Shown: positions 8,300-15,890 of the stretch, in pieces
Numbering within the stretch: position 1 is the stretch's first letter
Layout of the letters: every line of letters begins with the position of its first letter
IMG/VR virus record: IMGVR_UViG_2690316325_000016
Source of the DNA: a virus
Taxonomy: Duplodnaviria; Heunggongvirae; Uroviricota; Caudoviricetes
Strand: one strand, 5' to 3'
DNA: 21,799 nucleotides
Translations under genes and position numbers: made by a program
Notes under the pieces: model-generated
What the model saw: the letters and a program-made list of their open reading frames with translations, nothing else
Told to the model about the DNA's origin: nothing
Databases searched by the model: none

Positions 8300-9121
8300 T
8301 TACCTAGTTACCTTTTTTAACTGCCGCTCAGCCCATGCTTCTTCAATATCAAACCGGGTCACCAGCGCATCATAGAATTTCTTAACTGTTTTTTCCCATG
8401 ACGCGCGTGTTATCTGGTTTGTCACCTCGCATATAGCATTAAATGCCTCCGTTGATGGTAGTCTTTCATAGCCACGACCACCACAACGCTGGCAGTCTCT
8501 GATAACAGGCATACCACGTTTTACCGACTCTTCACGATGAATGGCGACACCACGCCCACGGCAATCCTTACAGGCAGTGGAAACCTCACCCTTTCCGCCA
8601 CACTCCGGACAGGCAACTTTTACCACCTCCCTGACTTTTTTCCATTCTTCCCAGTAAGACGAATACACACCTTTCGTACACTTTGCCCATACCGGCGGCT
8701 TACCATCCGGATACTGGACCTTGTTTGTAAAAACTACGCTTTCAATAAATTTTTCCCCATAGCAACAAGGGCACTGCTTTTTACTCGCTGCGCTACGGGC
8801 ATAATCCTCAAAAGCGTACGAAGCCATAATGCGCATCACTACCGGTTTTATTTCTGCCGGAAGTTTTCTCAACGCCGCCACACGATCGCACCGACTGAGT
8901 GCATAATCTGCCAGTAATTCTGTTGCCCGCGCCCTGTCATTCATACTGATGCCCATTTTCCCCAGGAACGCAGAAAAACCCATCTCAGCCCGATTCTGTG
9001 TCATGCCCTGCGCGGCCATCACATCAGTGATACTCAGCGCATCTTTTGACGTTGAGGCCGATGCATCGGTCAGGCCAGGGGATTTTGGGGAGTAGTATTT
9101 CGGTAAATCTTCCAGTTTCAT
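8300..9121 (-). CDS. Putative late antiterminator Q (Q82/QuuQ-like family) with three CxxCGGxG-type zinc knuckles
   Basis: 273 aa; position immediately upstream of PR-prime/tR-prime and tRNAs; motifs CPECGGKG, CKDCRGRG, CQRCGGRG. Confidence 0.55.
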   Translation of the reverse strand: MKLEDLPKYYSPKSPGLTDASASTSKDALSITDVMAAQGMTQNRAEMGFSAFLGKMGISMNDRARATELLADYALSRCDRVAALRKLPAEIKPVVMRIMASYAFEDYARSAASKKQCPCCYGEKFIESVVFTNKVQYPDGKPPVWAKCTKGVYSSYWEEWKKVREVVKVACPECGGKGEVSTACKDCRGRGVAIHREESVKRGMPVIRDCQRCGGRGYERLPSTEAFNAICEVTNQITRASWEKTVKKFYDALVTRFDIEEAWAERQLKKVTR

Positions 9122-9135
9122 TTTTTGACCTGCTC

Positions 9136-9498
9136 TTAATGCATTATGGGGTAAATCTTCACCCCCAGACGTCCACCAGATACTGGCTGACCACGAACGA
9201 TATTGATTTCATCAAACTGCTCATCGTCCATTAACACTCCCGCATGCGTCAGCGCATCCAGCGGTGCTTTCAGGATATTGTCCAGGTCGCGACGACGCTT
9301 ATCCGGTGGCTCTGCAATCACCTTTATCGCCAGCCTTCCGGACAGGTTTAATTTCAGCCGCTGCTGGCGAACAATTAGCGCCACATCACGGCGATAACGC
9401 TTTCCGGCCTCCGAGATGAAATACGTATTGCCATGACGTCGCCAGTAGGTATTCACCGTCGGCGGGTAAGGCAAAACAAATTCTATGCGTTCAGTCAT
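9136..9498 (-). CDS. rusA: RusA Holliday junction resolvase
   Basis: 120 aa; conserved RusA signature DKRRRDLDN and similarity to recalled DLP12 RusA. Confidence 0.9.
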   Translation of the reverse strand: MTERIEFVLPYPPTVNTYWRRHGNTYFISEAGKRYRRDVALIVRQQRLKLNLSGRLAIKVIAEPPDKRRRDLDNILKAPLDALTHAGVLMDDEQFDEINIVRGQPVSGGRLGVKIYPIMH

Positions 9499-10557
9499 TC
9501 ATGCTTTCCACTTCAGGACACCCGAATTTCTCGCGTGCATTAAAAAACGAATCAGCAACAACAGCTGGCTGCCGTGTTTTTCTTCAAAATCTTTTACCCC
9601 GGCGTGCAGTTCGTTATGACATTTACGGCACAGCGGAATAACAAACAAATCATCAGCCTTTGTTCCCATACCTCCCAGGCCATGACCAATGATGTGATGC
9701 GGATCATCTGCCTGATTACCGCACGTCATGCATTTCTGCGTTTTTACCCAGCGCGTGTATACAGGCATCTCTTCCCGTTGTGGTTTCTGGCGCTGGAGAT
9801 ACTGAGCCGGAGACTCCGGATCAACGGCGATGCTTACTAACGTCTTTTCCTGGAGTGGGGGCTGTTGCTGGTGGACGTGAAGTGGCAGCGCAATATTTTT
9901 TGTGCGCTGCTTCAGTATGCTGGTGGCAGTCTGTTCTCCCGGTACGATGTCACTCTCACGGTATACGGAGCGGATTTTTTCCACCGGTAATCCCAGTGAA
10001 CGACACAATACAGACTCCGGAAGCGCATCAGCCACCTGATTGCAGACCGCCCACCAGGATAATTCGGCCAGCGATAACTCCCTCTCCTGCGTACCGCTGA
10101 TTGCGTGACGGATGACGTCAATCATCCATGCTGACAAGTTTTGGTGAGCAAGTTGCTCAAGTGATTCTGAGGTCTGGTCACACAACTGGTTGTCGCAGTG
10201 CCAGCACAACACCATTGCGCCGGTACCATAACGGTGAATGACGGTTTCACTGTGGTGATAATCACCGTGTGGCCACTGGCAGGATTTAATATGGCGCAAC
10301 AGCCAGTCAGACAGTGCACCAGCGCCGCCAGCAGCACGAATCACACGCTCATTGCTGAAAAATGGCAGTAATGATTTATCCTCCGCCAGCGGCTGGCGAA
10401 CGGCAGGGACGACTCCGGATGGCAGGCCGCACATGCTTTTCGGTTCCGGCTCCACCAGCACTCGAGGATTATGAAATATCTGTATGGATTCACGGCCCGG
10501 CTTAAGGACCACCAGCCCAAGCTCAGGCACCAGAACAGGTCTAAGTAATACCCGCAC
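9499..10557 (-). CDS. DUF968-family protein (YdfU-like) with C-terminal HNH-like motif
   Basis: 352 aa; GTG start with GGAGGT SD 4 nt upstream; C-terminal CMTCGN...HHIIGHG...CRKCHNELH. Confidence 0.7.
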   Translation of the reverse strand: MRVLLRPVLVPELGLVVLKPGRESIQIFHNPRVLVEPEPKSMCGLPSGVVPAVRQPLAEDKSLLPFFSNERVIRAAGGAGALSDWLLRHIKSCQWPHGDYHHSETVIHRYGTGAMVLCWHCDNQLCDQTSESLEQLAHQNLSAWMIDVIRHAISGTQERELSLAELSWWAVCNQVADALPESVLCRSLGLPVEKIRSVYRESDIVPGEQTATSILKQRTKNIALPLHVHQQQPPLQEKTLVSIAVDPESPAQYLQRQKPQREEMPVYTRWVKTQKCMTCGNQADDPHHIIGHGLGGMGTKADDLFVIPLCRKCHNELHAGVKDFEEKHGSQLLLLIRFLMHARNSGVLKWKA

Positions 10558-10558
10558 G

Positions 10559-10831
10559 TTACCTCCAGATCCGTTGCTGGAAAGTGCGGGACGGACGTGG
10601 TGGGCGTTCGGAATAAGGCAGCCTGACAGAGATTATCCAGTGCCGATAGTCGAGACTGAGAGCTTTCTTAACCTCGAACCCGCGCCTGCGGTAAGAATGA
10701 ATCAGCCATTCGGCCTGTTCTTCAGTACATGGTGGGTGTTGGTACCAGTCGGTTTTAAATGCGTGTGAACGCCGCTCATGCCGGATGGCAAGGTCGGTAT
10801 CAGAATTGTGAAATTTGGTTTTGTGCGCCAT
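10559..10831 (-). CDS. Hypothetical protein (rem-like position between hok and DUF968 gene)
   Basis: 90 aa ORF, ATG 10831; synteny only. Confidence 0.45.
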   Translation of the reverse strand: MAHKTKFHNSDTDLAIRHERRSHAFKTDWYQHPPCTEEQAEWLIHSYRRRGFEVKKALSLDYRHWIISVRLPYSERPPRPSRTFQQRIWR

Positions 10832-10901
10832 CTGTTTTCTCTGCTGGCGCAGCAGGTGTCAGGTGTTCAGGCTGACGTGCGAATTGTAAACCAGAATGCC
10901 A

Positions 10902-10930
10902 GGAAAAAACAAAACCCGCCGAAGCGGGTT
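10902..10930 (-). terminator. Intrinsic terminator about 70 nt downstream of hok
   Basis: Minus strand AACCCGC-TTCG-GCGGGTT followed by TTGTTTTTTCC. Confidence 0.55.
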
Positions 10931-10999
10931 AAGTGCGGGTGCGTTGAGGATGCCTGACACATCAGCGGTGGCGAGGGATTTCTCCCCCCGCCTGGTCTC

Positions 11000-11155
11000 T
11001 TACTCCTCAGGTTCGTAAGCTGTGAAGACAGCGACCTCCGTCTGGCCGGTTCGGATTCGTACCTCGCAGAGGTCTTTCCTCGTTACCAGTGCCGTCACTA
11101 TGACGGTTAAACAGATGACGATCAGGGCGATTAACATCGCCTTTTGCTGCTTCAT
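11000..11155 (-). CDS. hokD: Hok-family type I toxin (HokD/RelF-like), 51 aa
   Basis: MKQQKAMLIALIVICLTVIVTALVTRKDLCEVRIRTGQTEVAVFTAYEPEE; AAGGAG SD; overlapping short mok-like ORF 11152-11211. Confidence 0.85.
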   Translation of the reverse strand: MKQQKAMLIALIVICLTVIVTALVTRKDLCEVRIRTGQTEVAVFTAYEPEE

Positions 11156-11413
11156 AGCCTGCTTCTCCTTGACCTTTCGGTCCGTAAGAGGCTAATCTCT
11201 ATGTGTCGCATAGATATGGCCTCAGATTAATGTTAAGCGTCTTGCAGGACGCGTAATGTTAACTGGGGCTTTTCTCTATCTGCCTTTTGGTGTTCATGCC
11301 TGAGACAGATAGCCTCAAGCACCCGCAGTCATTCTACTTAACTAAGATTTCCCCGCAAACCGTTTTTGTCCGGCACAGTAAATATCCAACTAAACCAATG
11401 GCGTTCGCTGTAT

Positions 11414-11593
11414 TTACCGCCAGTATTCAATGCACATGACCGCCATGAACACCCCTAAAAAAAGGGCATTTATATATCCAAATATTAATATCAAAACATC
11501 AACTTTTTCCATATACCTTGCTGTGAAGATGATGGGCATACATGATACGAACAACCAGAACGCAACAAACAAAAACTGCAATGCGTTTTTCAT
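11414..11593 (-). CDS. Small two-TM membrane protein (59 aa), AT-rich
   Basis: AGGAGG SD 4 nt upstream of ATG 11593; MKNALQFLFVAFWLFVSCMPIIFTARYMEKVDVLILIFGYINALFLGVFMAVMCIEYWR. Confidence 0.5.
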   Translation of the reverse strand: MKNALQFLFVAFWLFVSCMPIIFTARYMEKVDVLILIFGYINALFLGVFMAVMCIEYWR

Positions 11594-11763
11594 TATTCCT
11601 CCTACAATCAATGTGCAATTACATTTAAACACACCTCAGTTTGGCCGGACATATAAATATCTAAACCAGAAAAAATCACTTACATAGCGTTACAAACTCT
11701 TTAGTCTAAATATTCATCGTAAAACATTCCCCATACTTATCAGCCCGTTCTGCGCCAGGTAGC

Positions 11764-12080
11764 TCATTGCCTTATCTGGGAATCTGTAATCAGGTTTCCG
11801 GATGCTGGTGGATTCTCGCGTTTTAGTTGTTCATAAAAGTGCACAGCTTTAACCAGTTCTTCTGATGTAACCGGGACTGGCGGGGCAGTGAATAAGGCCT
11901 GAATTTCATAGTTCGGCCTGTCGTTACAATCCTCTTTTTTCGGTACATATTTCCAGTCACCAGACCACTACTTCCCCTGAAAGTCCGTAACGCCTTTTTT
12001 TTCACGTAGCGATATCGCCATGCCACTGTTTTTGCTTGCCCCGCCGTTTCATGCCCTTCCTGATAATTAACCTCGCTCAT
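11764..12080 (-). pseudogene. Probable disrupted gene: frameshift at an A8 homopolymer plus in-frame TAG
   Basis: Frame 0 is protein-like up to KKK (A8 tract at 11995-12002); a different frame carries the protein-like tail ...WSGDWKYVPKKEDCNDRPNYEIQALFTAPPVPVTSEELVKAVHFYEQLKRENPP... Confidence 0.35.
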
Positions 12081-12253
12081 TCATCGCCCCACTCATCACA
12101 ATATGCTTCGACCGGAGTTTTTCCTGCTTCATAATCATCACGCCATGCTTCAGCATCAGCAGCACTGCCACCACGTAACTCTGCATAGTCCATTAACAGT
12201 TCATGCCATTCTTCAAAACTGACGTTGTATTTAGTTGAACCAAAATCAGCCAT
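12077..12253 (-). CDS. Small highly acidic protein (58 aa)
   Basis: Codon-by-codon verified: MADFGSTKYNVSFEEWHELLMDYAELRGGSAADAEAWRDDYEAGKTPVEAYCDEWGDE; GAGGAAG SD; ATGA overlap with downstream gene. Confidence 0.55.
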   Translation of the reverse strand: MADFGSTKYNVSFEEWHELLMDYAELRGGSAADAEAWRDDYEAGKTPVEAYCDEWGDE

Positions 12254-12428
12254 TTTGTTCTTCCTCTTCGTCTTTTATTTCGTGATATGAGTAATTGCAG
12301 TAGTTAAAGAAAATATCTTTTGCTTCGTCATGTATTTCATCAGGCGTCGCATCATCATCCACTTCGAATTCATCCTCGAAATCTCCACCGGCTATTCCCG
12401 TTTCAATAATTATTTTAAACTTTCGCAT
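12246..12428 (-). CDS. Small highly acidic protein (60 aa)
   Basis: MRKFKIIIETGIAGGDFEDEFEVDDDATPDEIHDEAKDIFFNYCNYSYHEIKDEEEEQNG; overlaps next gene by 8 nt; SD separated from ATG by a GNRA hairpin. Confidence 0.5.
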   Translation of the reverse strand: MRKFKIIIETGIAGGDFEDEFEVDDDATPDEIHDEAKDIFFNYCNYSYHEIKDEEEEQNG

Positions 12429-12521
12429 TTAACTACCGCCCTTTCGGGCGGCCTCCTGATGTTCTGAGGGTGCAGAAATCCCTCCGGTTAAGGATTAAAT
12501 TTTTAACAGAGCTAAATTTAA

Positions 12522-12878
12522 TTATTCAGTTCTGGATTTTGTCGCCCTGCGTATCCGCGCTTTCGCGTTACGCTCAATCTGAATTAGCTTTTCTATATTT
12601 TTTCGCCTTTCCCGCTCCTCCTGACGCAAGAGCCTTACATCATCTGCCAGTCTGGTTTCTCTTTTCGCCACAGAGAGCATCCAGTCAAATGGCTCCACAA
12701 CTGCACCGCAGATTTTACAGCGGACCTGACGCTCTTTTTCGTCAACCCGGACAGAGGCGTGATGACAATATGGTCTTTCCGATGGCTCATAAAGAAAATT
12801 AACCTGATTACGAGGGTCATCCTCTTTTACCGGAAATAAAACGATATTGCTTAACTCATCCTCTGGTTTTATTTCCAT
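12522..12878 (-). CDS. Hypothetical protein with CHH...CxxC motif and basic C-terminal tail (alternative GTG start 12935)
   Basis: AAGGAGAGGAG SD immediately before ATG 12878; 118 aa. Confidence 0.6.
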   Translation of the reverse strand: MEIKPEDELSNIVLFPVKEDDPRNQVNFLYEPSERPYCHHASVRVDEKERQVRCKICGAVVEPFDWMLSVAKRETRLADDVRLLRQEERERRKNIEKLIQIERNAKARIRRATKSRTE

Positions 12879-12935
12879 GCTCCTCTCCTTTGATGCGAAT
12901 GCCAGCGGTAATTGAAGCCTGATAGCTAATTTCAC

Positions 12936-13358
12936 TCACAGTACCGCCTCCTGAAAATTACCCTGATAGAAAGCCAGTACACGCTGCATAGCTTCACTCT
13001 TCCGGCACTCGCGACAGATTATGTTTAGGCGACTGTCGTAGCGACGTATTTCTCCGTCAGGTAACGACCAGATAAGGTCCGGATCAACCACAACCGGTTT
13101 CTTCAGCTTTGCCCTCGATAATTTTTTGCGGGCATTTTGCCAGTCTTTACGAGCCTGTTCAGACGGGAATAACCCGTAGCCAGAATTGTATACATCGCCA
13201 CTGGCAACCAGCTCTCTGGCCAGAACGCTCATCAGATATCTTGTTGCCCCAGTTTTAGCTTCCAGTTGTCGTAACGTCTCGCGCCCACTCTGGCGTACGA
13301 GTTCAAGAACCTGTCCTTTAATTTTTTCCCGCTCTTCTTGTGTAAAAACTTTTGCCAC
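12936..13358 (-). CDS. Hypothetical protein (140 aa), possible winged-helix DNA-binding protein
   Basis: GTG start with AGGAGGG SD 4 nt upstream; stop overlaps start region of next gene. Confidence 0.6.
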   Translation of the reverse strand: MAKVFTQEEREKIKGQVLELVRQSGRETLRQLEAKTGATRYLMSVLARELVASGDVYNSGYGLFPSEQARKDWQNARKKLSRAKLKKPVVVDPDLIWSLPDGEIRRYDSRLNIICRECRKSEAMQRVLAFYQGNFQEAVL

Positions 13359-13398
13359 AAGCCCTCCTGAAAATTACCTCATGACCAGAAATTAACAC

Positions 13399-14373
13399 TT
13401 ACCCCCTGAAGCCCGGCGGAATTTCGTTATCCGGTTCAGAAATATGATTCACACAACGCTGGTTGTTCGTGCCGCTTACCGGGAGCAGCCAGGGGTTTTC
13501 AAAATTCCGGTCCGGTCCAAAAAACGTCGTCGCTCGCTGAACAAATTCCGTTCCCGTTTTCCCGGTAGCCGCAAGGTATCTTGCGTAACGCCTCACGCCA
13601 TCCAGCATGGCCTCTGGTGGCACCCCCTCGCGTAATCTGGCTTTCCAGGCACTGAAAGCGGATTTCTTCGGGTTTGCCCCGGCACGCAACGGGTATTCCC
13701 GCCAGACCTGTTCGAACACATCAGGATAATCCACTCGTCCCACAGGCTGCCCGGTGTTTTCCGGGACTACCCGATCGGCTTCCCGCTGAATGGCGGAATC
13801 GGCTTCCGGTGTCGTGCCTGCGGGCTGGCCAGGAGTGACGGTCTGAACATCCCCTGCCTGGTTCGTGGCGTTTTTTACGCCATGGACCATAGTGTTTTGA
13901 TCTTCTTGATCTGTATCTTTATCTGTATCTTTATCTGTCGTGACTCGTCGTGACATGTGCGTGACATTTCGTGACTCGCCGTGACAATCGCCATTTTGTT
14001 CCCGCTTTCTTTCCCTCTCTCGCTGCGCCCTCTTGCGCTCTGCCGGAGATTTTGCGGTTTGCGAAATATTGCCGTTGTCCTCTTTCAGCACCTGGCGTTT
14101 TTCCCATCCAGTGATTAAATCACCATCAAGTACCCGCCCCTGCATCGTCTGCAAAATTGAATCAATTACCTCTTCTGTCACGTCGAGCGCACTTGCCAAA
14201 TCTTCTGTCGTGACATCAATGTGACCTCGCGTGACATTTCGTGACGCGCTCACCAGGAGGTGGATATACACTGCCATCACTGTTGCAATTGGCTGCCCTG
14301 ACACCCTGGCAATTGTTCGCCACTTAGGGTCATTTGGCATGTCATGCCATAATCTGAGCCAGGCGTTAGCCAT
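13399..14373 (-). CDS. Putative phage replication initiator (O-like), containing internal iteron arrays
   Basis: 324 aa from ATG 14373 (GAGGTGA SD); position after cro/cII; acidic DKDTDKDTD linker; phased CGTGAC repeats inside gene. Confidence 0.55.
   Translation of the reverse strand: MANAWLRLWHDMPNDPKWRTIARVSGQPIATVMAVYIHLLVSASRNVTRGHIDVTTEDLASALDVTEEVIDSILQTMQGRVLDGDLITGWEKRQVLKEDNGNISQTAKSPAERKRAQRERERKREQNGDCHGESRNVTHMSRRVTTDKDTDKDTDQEDQNTMVHGVKNATNQAGDVQTVTPGQPAGTTPEADSAIQREADRVVPENTGQPVGRVDYPDVFEQVWREYPLRAGANPKKSAFSAWKARLREGVPPEAMLDGVRRYARYLAATGKTGTEFVQRATTFFGPDRNFENPWLLPVSGTNNQRCVNHISEPDNEIPPGFRG
13939..13985. repeat. Iteron-like array: five CGTGAC repeats at about 10 bp phase
   Basis: Copies start at 13939, 13949, 13960, 13970, 13980; preceded by tandem tctttatctgtatc repeats. 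Confidence 0.6.
14209..14245. repeat. Second iteron-like array: four (C/T)GTGAC repeats at about 10 bp phase
   Basis: Copies at 14209, 14220, 14230, 14240; inverted copy GTCACG near 14176. Confidence 0.55.
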
Positions 14374-14444
14374 ACTCACCTCTTCTGATACCGAATCTTT
14401 TTACTCACGAGTTGCCGGAAGCGATTCGATATGGCTATTGTCAG

Positions 14445-14870
14445 TCAATGTACTGCCACAGCATTTCCTGCCGGGCCACCACGGTTCATCTGATTGAAAC
14501 CGGCGATTGCCACTGCGACAAAATCATCAGCGTCTCTCACCAGTCGCTCCCGCGTCTCCACCAGCTCCCGAAAATAAGCTGAACTGTGGCTGCGCATTCT
14601 GGCCACCAGCAAAGGTGGCATTGCCTTTTCGATCGCTGGTAACAACGCCTGAATTTTTTCAACTGCATCAGGGGTGTCTTTCTCTACCCAGCGGAAAATT
14701 TTCTGGGTATTGCGAGCCAGGGCTTCCGGATGGCTGTCGTCATACAGTTCCGGGAACGTCATTCCCAGCTCGAAATACGCTTTGGTAATTTTCGCAGCCG
14801 GTACTTTTTCGCCGTCCGGATGCGCCCAGGCATTCATCGCCATGCGGATGTGTTCATGCTTGATTTTCAT
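14445..14870 (-). CDS. CII-like regulator (YdaT family)
   Basis: N-terminus MKIKHEHI... resembles recalled Rac YdaT; AAGGGGGG SD; directly downstream of cro-like gene. Confidence 0.65.
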   Translation of the reverse strand: MKIKHEHIRMAMNAWAHPDGEKVPAAKITKAYFELGMTFPELYDDSHPEALARNTQKIFRWVEKDTPDAVEKIQALLPAIEKAMPPLLVARMRSHSSAYFRELVETRERLVRDADDFVAVAIAGFNQMNRGGPAGNAVAVH

Positions 14871-15096
14871 GAATCCCCCCTTGGTTAGAAGGCGGATTAT
14901 GATCAGAACCGGGAATGACAACCGTCGGTATGTGTAACTCATATTTGAGCGCCCCGGCAGTGACTGCCTGAATTAGCAACGCCCATTTCCACGGAACCTC
15001 TTCCCCCCACATGCTGACTGTGGTTTTTGACGTTCCTAGAGCTGCGGCTGTTTTAACAACTCCGCCAAAATAGCCTAATACTTCTGATTTTTTCAT
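14854..15096 (-). CDS. Cro-like HTH repressor (YdaS/DicC position)
   Basis: 81 aa, GGAG SD, divergent from cI; HTH segment GGVVKTAAALGTSKTTVSMW. Confidence 0.7.
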   Translation of the reverse strand: MKKSEVLGYFGGVVKTAAALGTSKTTVSMWGEEVPWKWALLIQAVTAGALKYELHIPTVVIPGSDHNPPSNQGGIHENQA

Positions 15097-15187
15097 GAGT
15101 CGCTCCATAAAACTGAACGTCAAAAGTTTAATAATCAAAACCAAAGAAAGTCAAGAAACAAAACCATCTGTGTTTTAAAATCAAAAC
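15097..15187. promoter_or_regulatory. Immunity-region operator/promoter (OR-like): TGTTTT-N6-AAAACA operator overlapping cI start, degenerate copy at 15125-15142, candidate PR -35 TTGACT on minus strand
   Basis: Perfect palindrome at 15171-15188; minus-strand -35 at 15149-15154. Confidence 0.45.
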
Positions 15188-15826
15188 ATGAGCAAGCAAA
15201 CTATATCTGAACGCATAACCCAACGTATGCATGCGCTAAACCTGAAAGGCAAAGACCTTGTCAATGGCACTGGCGCATCAAAAGGCTCCGTAAGTCAATG
15301 GATGAACGGTGGAGGAGCGCCGTCCTCGCGTTACATAAGTTCACTGGCAAAAATATTGAAAGTAAACGAAAATTGGCTTCTTAATGGAGGAGAGTTAAAT
15401 ACAGGTGATTCGCTTGATCTATCTTTACCGCCGATAAAAACGGTTCCGCTACTATCACTTCAGCAGGCAGCAAGCTGGAGTGATTATATGAAAAATTCCT
15501 CAATAACCTCTTGTGTGCAGCTTGTCGGAGAAATCCCGGTCAATACCTTTGCAGTTGTTCTAGAGAGTGACAGTATGTCAACATCTGGTGGGGGAGTTTC
15601 CATCCCAAATGGTTCAACAGTTTTTGTTGATCCCGATCGAACCGTACAACCAGGAAATATTGTCCTTGCCTTACCCAAAGGGACCACAACACCTGTCATT
15701 CGTAAACTGGAGATAGAAGGGCCGGATATTCTTTTAGTCCCCACGAATCCTCGCTACCCTTCAATTATGCTGGATGATCTATCTTGCATATTGGGCGTAT
15801 GCTTTAAAATTCAACAAGATATTTAA
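15188..15826 (+). CDS. CI-type prophage repressor (N-terminal HTH_XRE + C-terminal S24 LexA-like peptidase domain)
   Basis: 212 aa; HTH at N-terminus, catalytic Ser-Lys region in C-terminal half; divergent from cro. Confidence 0.85.
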   Translation: MSKQTISERITQRMHALNLKGKDLVNGTGASKGSVSQWMNGGGAPSSRYISSLAKILKVNENWLLNGGELNTGDSLDLSLPPIKTVPLLSLQQAASWSDYMKNSSITSCVQLVGEIPVNTFAVVLESDSMSTSGGGVSIPNGSTVFVDPDRTVQPGNIVLALPKGTTTPVIRKLEIEGPDILLVPTNPRYPSIMLDDLSCILGVCFKIQQDI

Positions 15827-15890
15827 CCAACCTCATCTATTTGATTAACTGTATGCCATCGTGGTGATGGCTTAACAGCTGCCTGCTTAA

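Noticed and set aside
8537-8917. Plus-strand ORF inside the Q-like gene
   Set aside because: Antisense shadow; no initiation signals.
9574-10337. Several ORFs on both strands inside the DUF968 gene
   Set aside because: All overlap the 352 aa gene, which has a strong SD and conserved C-terminal motif.
12878-12935. 27-codon upstream ORF starting at the GTG that overlaps the stop of the 140 aa gene
   Set aside because: Cannot distinguish from an N-terminal extension of the 118 aa gene (GTG 12935) without expression data; folded into the alternative-start note.
13900-13990. Possible CRISPR-like short repeat array
   Set aside because: Repeats are only 6 bp at 10 bp phase with no spacers of CRISPR size, lie inside a coding region, and no cas genes are present; iterons fit better.
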